The translations under genes were made by a program, and so were the position numbers. Source: Anaeromyxobacter sp. (GTDB lineage Bacteria; Myxococcota; Myxococcia; Myxococcales; Anaeromyxobacteraceae). Taken from it: a stretch of DNA of 64,000 nt. Within the stretch, counting starts at the first letter, position 1; every line of letters starts with the position of its first letter. Positions 55,991 through 64,000 of the stretch are shown here, one piece after another. Where the stretch lies: contig JASGJN010000022.1 in assembly GCA_049840735.1 (NCBI GenBank), positions 576,001 to 640,000 on the forward strand, in the 5' to 3' direction. The notes beneath the pieces are model-generated. The model searched no databases. It saw only the letters and a list, made by a program, of their open reading frames with translations, and had not been told where the DNA came from.

Positions 55991-56539
55991 ATGAGCGCCG
56001 CCCGCTACCTCGGCCCTGAGCCGCCCATCCGCGACCTCTCGGTGGAGTGGCCCATCTTCCTGTGGCGCCCCGACGGCACCGGCCGCCGCGAGGGGCTCCT
56101 CCTCCGCACGCCGCTCTGCCCCGACCCCAGCTGCAGCGAGCGGCACCTCCTCATCGACGCACACGTCGTCTCGGACGACCTCCTCGGCACCGAGAGCTTC
56201 GACGTCCAGTATCCGCCCGGTGTCCCGGAGGTGCTCGACCACGCCTTCACCCTGCGCGTCGCGCTCGACGACGGAGAGGTGGAGCCCACCCGCCGCGTCG
56301 ACCTCCCCGACGCGCTCGCCTGGTTCCTGCAGGAGCTCGACCCCGAGCTGCTCTCCACGCTGCGCCGGCGGTTCGTGTTCCAGCGGCGGGAGCGGGGAGT
56401 GGCGGAGGGGATCCCGGTCCGACGAATCCCGCAGCCCGGGCGGAACGAGCCGTGCCCGTGCGGTTCCAGGAGAGAGTTCAAGTTCTGCTGCGTGGCCGAG
56501 ATCTCAGCTGATTCGCCGCCTAGGTCCACGCCGTCGTAG
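55991..56539 (+). CDS. SEC-C motif protein
   Basis: ATG 2 nt after the previous stop; CPDPSCSERH and GRNEPCPCGSRREFKFCC. Confidence 0.75.
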   Translation: MSAARYLGPEPPIRDLSVEWPIFLWRPDGTGRREGLLLRTPLCPDPSCSERHLLIDAHVVSDDLLGTESFDVQYPPGVPEVLDHAFTLRVALDDGEVEPTRRVDLPDALAWFLQELDPELLSTLRRRFVFQRRERGVAEGIPVRRIPQPGRNEPCPCGSRREFKFCCVAEISADSPPRSTPS

Positions 56540-56665
56540 CGCCGCTGGGGGGTGAGCCGGGTTGGCGCTGCGGGATGCGGTCGTTGTTCGCCCTGCACGG
56601 ATGAATCTCGGCTTCCCCGAGCACCTCGGGAGGCGGGGCGCCTTCGGTTCGGATACGATGGCCCG

Positions 56666-57637
56666 GTGAGGTACTGGTGGGTCAACCAGAAGCAGACCTA
56701 CCGCCACGAAATCGGCGGTGGATACCTCTGGTCGCCCAAGCGGAAGGCAGACCAAAGCCGAAACCGCTTCTACGACAACATGAAGGCGGTGGCGCCGGGT
56801 GACGTGGTCTTCTCGTACTGGGAGGCCGCCATCCGGGCGTACGGCTTCATTCGATCGTTCGGATACGACGCGCCTAAGCCGGAGGCGTTCGGGAACGCGG
56901 GCCGAAACTGGAGCCAGATCGGCTACCGCGTCGACGTGGAGTATGTGAAGCTCGAACGCCCGATCGAACCACGACAGGCGTGGAACCGCATCCAACCGCT
57001 CTTGCCGGACAGGTACTCGCCTCTCAACCCGGCAAACGGCAAGGGGCTTCAGTCCGTCTACCTGGCTGAGCTGCCCCTCGATCTCGGTGCGCTCATCTGG
57101 TCGCTGAGCGCCGACGCCGGGAACGCGCTGGTGGTCCGCGATGCGCGCGCAGCGCTCATTGCCTCGGCCGAGGAGCCAGAGCGCGAGACCTGGGAGCGTC
57201 ATGAGCTCGAGCAGCTCGGCGAAGCGAGGCTCGACAGGACGGAGCGGGAGGCGATCGTCAAGGCCAGGGTAGGGCAGGGCCTGTTCAGGCAGAACATCGC
57301 CACGCTGGAAAGGCAGTGCCGGATAACCGGCGTATCGAACCCCGCGTATCTCATCGCAAGCCACATCAAGCCCTGGCGGCACGCGAGCAATGAGGAGCGG
57401 CTCAGCAAGCACAACGGGCTCATGCTGGCGCCACAGGCAGACTTCCTGTTCGACCGCGGGTTCATCTCGTTCGGAGATGGACGACTCCTCGTATCGCCAG
57501 TGGCGGACGAGCGGAGCCTCGTGAAGCTCGGGGTAGACCCCGACCGCCCCCCGGTGGTGGGGGCCTTCACGAACGAGCAGGAACAGTATCTCGAGTTTCA
57601 CCGAGCGGAGATCTTCAGGGCGGTGGACGTTTGCTAG
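56666..57637 (+). CDS. EVE/PUA-like reader + HNH endonuclease (putative modification-dependent restriction enzyme)
   Basis: YWWVNQKQTY..EIGGGYLWSPK...GDVVFSY; RVGQGLFR..CRITG...ASHIKPW...NGLML...LFDRGFISF; visibly lower GC than its neighbours. Confidence 0.85.
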   Translation: MRYWWVNQKQTYRHEIGGGYLWSPKRKADQSRNRFYDNMKAVAPGDVVFSYWEAAIRAYGFIRSFGYDAPKPEAFGNAGRNWSQIGYRVDVEYVKLERPIEPRQAWNRIQPLLPDRYSPLNPANGKGLQSVYLAELPLDLGALIWSLSADAGNALVVRDARAALIASAEEPERETWERHELEQLGEARLDRTEREAIVKARVGQGLFRQNIATLERQCRITGVSNPAYLIASHIKPWRHASNEERLSKHNGLMLAPQADFLFDRGFISFGDGRLLVSPVADERSLVKLGVDPDRPPVVGAFTNEQEQYLEFHRAEIFRAVDVC

Positions 57638-57711
57638 CGCAGTGACCCGGCGAGTGGCTCTTGCGCCACCGTGGCGGCGACGAGAGCACCGACCTGCTAC
57701 AGTCCCCGCCC

Positions 57712-58509
57712 ATGCGCGCCCACCCCCTCCGCCGCGCCCTGCTCCCAGCCGTCCTCGCCGCGCTGCTCCTGGCCCGCCCCGCCCCCGCGGCCGCGCCGGA
57801 GACCTACGCCGTGGGCAAGCTCCCGCTGGCGCCCTTCGGCGCCTCGGTGGAGTTCCCGGCCTGGGGCGCGACCAAGGTGGAGCTGGGAGGCCTGCTGCTC
57901 ACGCAGGGCACGTACGACGACCGGAACCCCTGGGCGCACCTCTCGATGCTGGCGCCGTTCGGCTGGCTGCACCACGACGGCGTCCCCAACCTGCGCCTCT
58001 CGCTGGGCTTCCAGGAGCTGTTCCAGCAGGAGGTCGCGGCCATGGGCATCCCCTCCGGCCACGAGGAGCGCGTCGTGGGGCGGGCGCGCCTGCAGCAGCC
58101 GCGGGGCGAGGCGGCGCTGTACGAGCTGCTCCAGCTCGACGTCCGCAACTTCACCGATCCGGGCGGCACGCACCGGCTGGTCTACCGCCCGCGGCTGCGC
58201 GTCGGCCAGGGCTTCAACCTGGACGCGGTGCGCATCCACTCGCTCTTCCTCTACCAGGAGGTCGCGCTGCGGTACTCGAGCGACGACTACGCGACCAAGG
58301 CCTTCGACTTCTTCCGGGCGGTGGTCGGCTACACCTGGACCACGCGCACCGGCACCTTCGTGTCGCTGGGGGCGGTGGGGCAGGTGTCGCTCAACCCGCC
58401 GGGCACGCGCTACGACATCCTCTACGGCCCGGTCCTGACCTTCGCCCACAAGTTCCGCGCGCCGCCTCCGCAGGCGGCGCCGCCCCCGCCCGGAGACGTG
58501 CTGGATTGA
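57712..58509 (+). CDS. Putative outer-membrane beta-barrel protein (DUF2490-like)
   Basis: Signal peptide; EER...Q, YRPRLRVG, YQEV and FRAVVGY strand pattern. Confidence 0.6.
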   Translation: MRAHPLRRALLPAVLAALLLARPAPAAAPETYAVGKLPLAPFGASVEFPAWGATKVELGGLLLTQGTYDDRNPWAHLSMLAPFGWLHHDGVPNLRLSLGFQELFQQEVAAMGIPSGHEERVVGRARLQQPRGEAALYELLQLDVRNFTDPGGTHRLVYRPRLRVGQGFNLDAVRIHSLFLYQEVALRYSSDDYATKAFDFFRAVVGYTWTTRTGTFVSLGAVGQVSLNPPGTRYDILYGPVLTFAHKFRAPPPQAAPPPPGDVLD

Positions 58510-58591
58510 GCCGACGAGCGCTCGGCCCTTTGGCCTATTGCCGGCCCCCGGGCTCCGCGGCGAGTCTGCAGGGTCACCCCGGGAGGCCCGA

Positions 58592-59669
58592 GTGAACCGC
58601 GCCGTCACGTCCTTCATCGCCCTGGTCCTGCTCGCCGCCAGCGCCGCCAGCGCCGCAGCGCGCGCCGAGGCGCCGGCGTCGCTCGACTACCAGCCGGCGC
58701 CGGACGCGCTGGCCGCCCCGCCCGCGCAGCCGGCGGCGCCCGTCGAGGAGGCGCCGGCCAAGCCCGTCGAGAAGAAGAAGTCGCCCTTCTTTCCGATCTG
58801 GGGAGACAAGGCCCGCGCCAAGGGCTTCGAGCTGCCGCCGGCCTGGGGCCTGATGGCGAACTACTACTACCAGCGCTCGGACATCCGCATCTCCAACCTG
58901 CAGCTGGGCGTGAACGACAGCCGGATGTTCGACGCCAGCTTCATCAAGTTCGGCACCTCCACCGCCAAGGCCAGCTCGCTCTGCCTGCGGCCCAACTTGA
59001 TGATCTTCCCCTTCTTCACGTTCTACGGCCTGCTCTCCGCCGGCAACTCCAGCACCACCGTCAACGTCACCGACCCGGGCACCTTCACCACGGTCGCCGA
59101 CTCCAACGCCAAGGTGGTCGCGCTGGGCGGCACCTTCCAGATGGGCCTGGAAGGGCGTCTTCGTGGTGGCGGACTTCAACGGCGCCGTGGCCGACGTGGA
59201 CCGCATGGCCGATTCGATGGGCTCGAACCTCCTCTCCTTCCGCCTGGGGTTCAACAAGAAGCTGGGCGGGCCGCGCCCTGGCCACGGCATGGCCTTCTGG
59301 GCGGGCACGGCCGGACAGGTGCTGGACGTGGAGACCAAGGGCTCCGTGAAGCTGGCCGACGTGCTCCCCACGCCCTCGCAGGACCAGGTGGATGCGGTGC
59401 AGCTTCGCTGCGACGCGATGTCGGCGCTCAACCCGGGCAAGGCGCGGTGCAACGAGTTCGCCGACAAGATGCAGGGCTGGGTGGACGGCACCGACCCGGA
59501 CGCCACGGTCCACTACTCGCTCGACAAGAAGCCCAAGGACGTCTGGAACGCGCTGGTGGGCGCGCAGTACGCCTACGACCGCAACTGGATGCTGCGGGCC
59601 GAGTACGGCTTCCTGACCTCGCGCACCTCGTTCCTGCTGGCGCTGGAGTACCGCTTCGACGGGCCGTGA
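58592..59669 (+). CDS. Putative outer-membrane beta-barrel protein, frameshift near 59145
   Basis: Signal peptide; FPIWGDKARAKGFELPPAWG; C-terminal WNALVGAQY...RAEYGF...LEYRF in the second frame. Confidence 0.7.
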
Positions 59670-59699
59670 CGTCGCAGGGCGGTGCCCGGCGCCGCCCGC

Positions 59700-61008
59700 T
59701 CAGAACGCCTCGCCGGCCCCGAAGTACACGCCCACCGAGTCCTGCCCGGCCGCCAGGTCGAGCGTGACGTTGTTGCGCGCCTCGCGGTTCATCATGAAGC
59801 GCAGCCCCACGCCGGCGGCGGGGCGGAGCCGCTCGAAGAGGTGCTCGCGCCCCTGCTCGTGGCCGGCCACCGACACCGGCGGGCTCGAGAACGTCGCGGC
59901 GTTCGCGAACACCACACCGCCCAGCAGGCCGTCGTCGGTGAGCCGGAAGCGCCACTCGGCCTCGCCGTAGACCTCGGCGTCGCCGCGGAAGCGGCCCTGG
60001 ATGTAGCCGCGGCCGCTGCGGATGGCGAAGTCCCAGCCGATGGACGGCAGCGCCAGGTAGGGCAGCCGCCCCGAGGTCACGCCCTGTCCCAGCACCCAGA
60101 ACGCCAGCACGTTGCGCGGCGTCTCGTCCGACAGGCTCACGTAGGTGCGCGCCTCGCCGAAGACCATGGTCGCGTCCTGGGTGCTGCCGAGCCACTCCGG
60201 GTAGGCGCGCAGCGAGCCGTTGAGGTACCAGCCGCGGTAGGCGTTGATGGTGGAGTCGCGGCTGTCGAGCACCAGCTCCAGCCCCACGCCGGAGGTGTTG
60301 TAGGCCTTGCCGGGGAAGCCGAACTGCTCGCTGTAGGCGGCGTGGCTGGTCACCACCGGCGGCGCGGCCCCCAGGTCCAGCCGCTGGTCGTCGATGCCGT
60401 AGTAGCGGTCGAAGCGGTAGCTCAGCCCGGCGTAGAAGCTCCCCTTCACCCGCCGCAGCACCGACTGGTGGATGCGGAACAGGTTGAAGTCCATGGGCCG
60501 CTCGCCCGCCAGCGTGGCGGTGGGGCCGATGCCACCGAGGGTGAAGGCGGTGTCGTCGGTGCCGGCGCTGGAGCCGAGGCCGTAGGTGGACTGGTTGGTG
60601 AGGAGCAGCCGGTAGTCGCCCTGCAGCTGCCAGGCGTTCCCCTCCAGCACGGCCACGTTGCGCGACTGCACGATGAGCTGCTGCTTGGTGGTGACGAAGG
60701 CCACCAGCCCGAGGCTGGAGATGGTGGTGGTCTCCGGATCGCCCATGTAGATGCCGGCCAGCGTGGTGATCCCGAGCACGAAGCCGTTCTGCGGCGTGTA
60801 GCCGACGGCGGGGATGATGGAGGGGTAGAGCTTCCAGGGCTCGAGCACGCCGCGGCTCTTCTTGAGGCCGATCCACTCCAGCAGGTCGCGCTGGTCCATG
60901 TAGCGGGCCCCCGCCGGCCGGGGCCGGCGGCGGGGCGTCCTCGGCCAGGGCCGGGGCGGAGGCCGCGAGCAGCGCGCAGGAGAGCAGGGTGGTGCGCAGG
61001 GCCGTCAC
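59700..61008 (-). CDS. Omp85/BamA-TamA-like barrel-only outer-membrane protein, frameshift near 60905
   Basis: PAVGYTPQNG, LDSRD, GRGYIQGRFRG, GVGLRF and terminal FGAGEAF; signal peptide in the upstream frame. Confidence 0.82.
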
Positions 61009-61128
61009 GAGGGGCTCCGGGTGGAGTAGCGACCCCGAGTCTAGGCGCCCTGCGCCGCCGCCGACAAGGCGGCGCCCACTGGACCTTCGGTGCATTCCCG
61101 GGCGGCCCGCTTCGTGCCTTGATGCGGC

Positions 61129-62251
61129 ATGTCCCGTCCCCGGCACCGCCCGCACCTCGCGCGCTCCCTGGCCCTGGCCGCGGCGCTGCTCGGCCCCTGG
61201 GCCGCGCCGGCGCGCGCCGACCTCCAGGAGCTCTTCACCGACCCCGCCGACGGCGCCTTCGACGCGTCCGCATGGCTCGCCACCCGCCGCGGCTTCGTGC
61301 CGCTGGTCATCCCCATCACCGAGCCCGCGCTGGGCTACGGCGCGGCGGGCGGGCTGGTCTTCTTCCACGCCCAGCCGGCGGAGCCGGGCGAGCGCGTCGA
61401 GTTCTCCCCGCCCAGCCTCTCCGCGGCCATGGGGTTCGCCACCAGCAACGGCACCTGGGGCGCGGGCGGTGGGCACATGGGCATCTGGAGGCACGACACC
61501 ATCCGCTACCTGGGCGGCGGCGCGTACACCTCCCTCAACCTCGACTTCTACGGCGCCAGCGAGCAGGCGCGCCGCTTCAACCTGGAGGCGGTCCCGGTCA
61601 TGCAGGAGCTGGTGCTGCGCGTGGCCGGCAGCCGGCTCTACGCCGGCGGCCGCTGGATGTTCGCCCACTCCAAGGTCACCTGGAAGGACGCGCCACCGGA
61701 CGGCCTGCTGGGCGCGACGGTGGGACTCGACCATCAGCGGCGCCGGCCCGGTGGTCACCTGGGATGCCCGCGACACCATCTTCACGCCCTCCAGCGGCAC
61801 GCGCGCGGAGGCTTCGTTCCTCTGGTTCGAGCCGTGGATGGGGAGCGACTACACCTACTGGAAGCTGTCCGCCTACCAGCTCGGCTACTTCCCGGTGACA
61901 CCCTCCGTGACCACCGCGCTCCGCGTGGACGCGCAGCTGACCGGCGGGGAGGTTCCCTTCTACGCGCTGCCCTACGTGCGCCTGCGCGGCGTGCCGGCGC
62001 TGCGCTATCAAGGCAACTCGGTGGTGGTGGCGGAGACCGAGGTGCGCTGGGACATCGTCCGCCGCTGGAGCGCGGTCGGCTTCGCCGGCGTGGGCGCGGT
62101 GGACGCGCTGCGGGACGAGGTGCCCTGGAGCGCCGGCGGCGGCTTCCGCTACCTGCTGGCCAGCGCCTTCGGCCTGCGCATGGGCCTCGACGTGGCCCGC
62201 GGCCCGGAGGACTGGGCCTGGTACGTGGTGTTCGGGAATCCGTGGCGGTGA
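61129..62251 (+). CDS. Omp85/BamA-TamA-like barrel-only outer-membrane protein, frameshift near 61730
   Basis: Signal peptide; PITEPALGYG; then WDARDTIFTP, LRGVPALRYQG, GGGFRYLLA..FGLRMGLDVA and VFGNPW. Confidence 0.82.
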
Positions 62252-62414
62252 GGGCCCGGCGAACGCCGCCAATGCCCTCGGACGTCACGAACCTACGCTT
62301 GGCGAGTAACGGTCACCCCAGGGCCATCCCGCGTTGCGTGATGCACAACGATGGTTTGCGCCTCGTCAACGGACCGGCCCCGGCAGGTCGCGTAGACTGG
62401 CGCCCACGAAGGCG

Positions 62415-62435
62415 TGTCCGTCCGGTCGGGAGGAT
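62415..62435 (+). promoter_or_regulatory. TGTCCG-N9-GAGGAT variant promoter upstream of the DUF6361 gene
   Basis: Same upstream hexamer and spacing as 41600 and 47629; the -10 box differs at the first base. Confidence 0.4.
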
Positions 62436-62468
62436 GCGTGAGCCCGCGAGGGCGCGGGGGAGGGCCGC

Positions 62469-63694
62469 GTGCCGTCGAGCTTTGCGTGGGTGGACTTCTC
62501 CGAGGACGACCGCCGCCGCACCAGCGAGGTCCTGCAGCTCTTCCATGAGCGCGATACCCGCGACGAGCTGGGCCTCGGGGTCATCCGGGACGCCCTCGCT
62601 GACCGGCTGTTCCCGGGGACGTCCACGCTGCAGACCCGCGCCGCGTACTTCCTGCTCGTTCCCTGGACGTACCTCCGTCTGGCTTCCAGGCCGAGCAGCT
62701 CTGCCGTGGCCAGGCGGGCGCGCGAGGCCGAGATCAAGCTCGATCGCGGCGCTCCAGACCGGCTCCGACACCGATGGCATCATCGGGGCCGTGGCTGGCG
62801 AGAAGGTGAAGCGCACTGCTTCCAGCACCTACTGGGTCGGGCTGGGGAGCTGGGGCATCCGTCGCCTGCGGGGTACGCAGGACCAGTACCACCGCGCGTT
62901 CGAGCGGCTGCACGCGCCCGCCGGCGGTGCCGGGCGCGTGGAGTCCTCGAGCCACGACGGCACCCCGCTGGCAGCCACCTTCGAGGCCTGGGATCCCGCG
63001 CTGCCGGGTCCGCCCGAGGGGTTCCCGGAGAAGGCGAGCTTCCGCCTCGATCGGCGGCAGGCGGAGTATCTCCGGGATCGGATCACGCAGGCCCGCGACC
63101 GCCGGTCGCTCCTGGCCCACCTCGTTCGGCCCGGGCTGCCGTGGGAGCACGAGGCTGCCTTCCCCTGGGAGTGCCCCGACGTCGAGACCTGGCCCGAGCA
63201 CATCCAGGCCGAGATGGCCCACGCCCGTGCCTTCTCGGAGCTGATGCACGGCGCGGCGCTGCTCTACAACCTCATGCTCGCCCAGGCGTCGTCCAGCGAG
63301 GAGAAGGTGGTCGAGTACCGCAAGCGGTTCGGCGGGTGGGCCGAGGAGATCGCAGCGCGCGGAGCGTACTTCGCTCGCTGGAGCCGCGCCGACTTCTGGG
63401 CCCTCGTCGATGCGCAGGCGGGGCGCGTGATCGGCCAGACGCGGGACTTCGTCGATACCTGGGTGGCCCGGGCGCTGGGGCCGGCGCCCGCGTCGCTCGC
63501 GGACGATCCCGGTGCCCGGGAGCAGAATCCGGGTCCGGGAGGAGCGGCTGAAGCGCGGGCTGGCGCGCCTCGGGAACCAGGGGGCGCTCGCGCGCTGGAG
63601 TGGCGCGGCAGGGGCGGGTCGACTCGACTACCGCTGGTTCCGGGTCCGGACGCTGGTAGCTGACATCCAGCGCGGCCAGCGAGAGGAGGCCTGA
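62469..63694 (+). CDS. DUF6361-like protein of a putative antiphage operon, frameshifts near 62742 and 63525
   Basis: FAWVDFSEDDR...RDELGLGVIRDALADRLFPGTSTLQTRAAYFL, GIIG...KR.ASS.YW.GL..WGI, FSELMHGA.LLYN and RE..LK...ARL...LDYRW. Confidence 0.8.
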
Positions 63695-63695
63695 C

Positions 63696-64000
63696 GTGCT
63701 CGAGCCGCGCGCCCGTACCGTCTACCTCGACGCCCTGAAGCCACCTCCGGGCTACCGCCTCGACCGCGCCATCGGGACCACATACTCCGTGGACCTGCAC
63801 TCGCTCCTGGCGATCCCGCTCGCCTTCGCCCAGCTCGACTGGGCGGAGCGCGCCGAGGAGCTGGTGGAGGATCGGGTCCGGCTGCTGAGGGCCCTGCGCA
63901 CCGAGGCCGCCCGCGTCACCCTGTTCTGCCAGGCAGGGCGGATCGCGGTGCCGCGGAGCGGTCACCCGCTGTTTGCCTACCTGGAGCCGATGCTCCGGGA
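63696..64000 (+). CDS. Phospholipase D-family protein, N-terminus only (runs off the window)
   Basis: VLEPRARTVYLDALKPPPGYRLDRAIGTTYSVDL..LL..P, the N-terminus typical of PLD-like partners of DUF6361; 1 nt after the previous stop. Not in the ORF track. Confidence 0.7.
   Translation, partial: MLEPRARTVYLDALKPPPGYRLDRAIGTTYSVDLHSLLAIPLAFAQLDWAERAEELVEDRVRLLRALRTEAARVTLFCQAGRIAVPRSGHPLFAYLEPMLR

Overview
Very GC-rich chromosomal DNA that looks myxobacterial (Anaeromyxobacter-like). That assignment is inferred from gene content and a REP-like palindrome, not from a database search. The left half is metabolic: a partial RND pump, a lipoprotein pullulanase, a receiver/PPDK-like protein with gdhA, a 3-gene unknown operon, a GntR-flavoprotein-ferredoxin-HEAT-polyferredoxin-ABC cluster, a CoA-transferase, a cold-shock protein, a lipid A acyltransferase and a YceI/beta-propeller operon. 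The right half (30-64 kb) is dense in DNA-damage and defence genes: a PafB/PafC-like WYL pair, Sua5, an ISAs1 element, rmuC, pnuC-nadR, an AddAB-like helicase-nuclease, a HExxGH protein-XPB-XPB partner(WYL)-SEC-C operon, an EVE/PUA-HNH nuclease, four outer-membrane barrels and the start of a DUF6361-PLD defence-like locus. The main new signal is a repeated promoter motif, TGTCCG-N9/10-TAnnnT, correctly oriented upstream of rmuC, addBA and a YbjN-like gene, with a GAGGAT variant before DUF6361. It resembles the mycobacterial PafBC-dependent promoter and suggests a PafBC-type, LexA-independent DNA-damage regulon outside Actinobacteria. About 17 single-base frameshifts after 23.9 kb are most likely assembly errors. 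No rRNA, tRNA or CRISPR array was seen.
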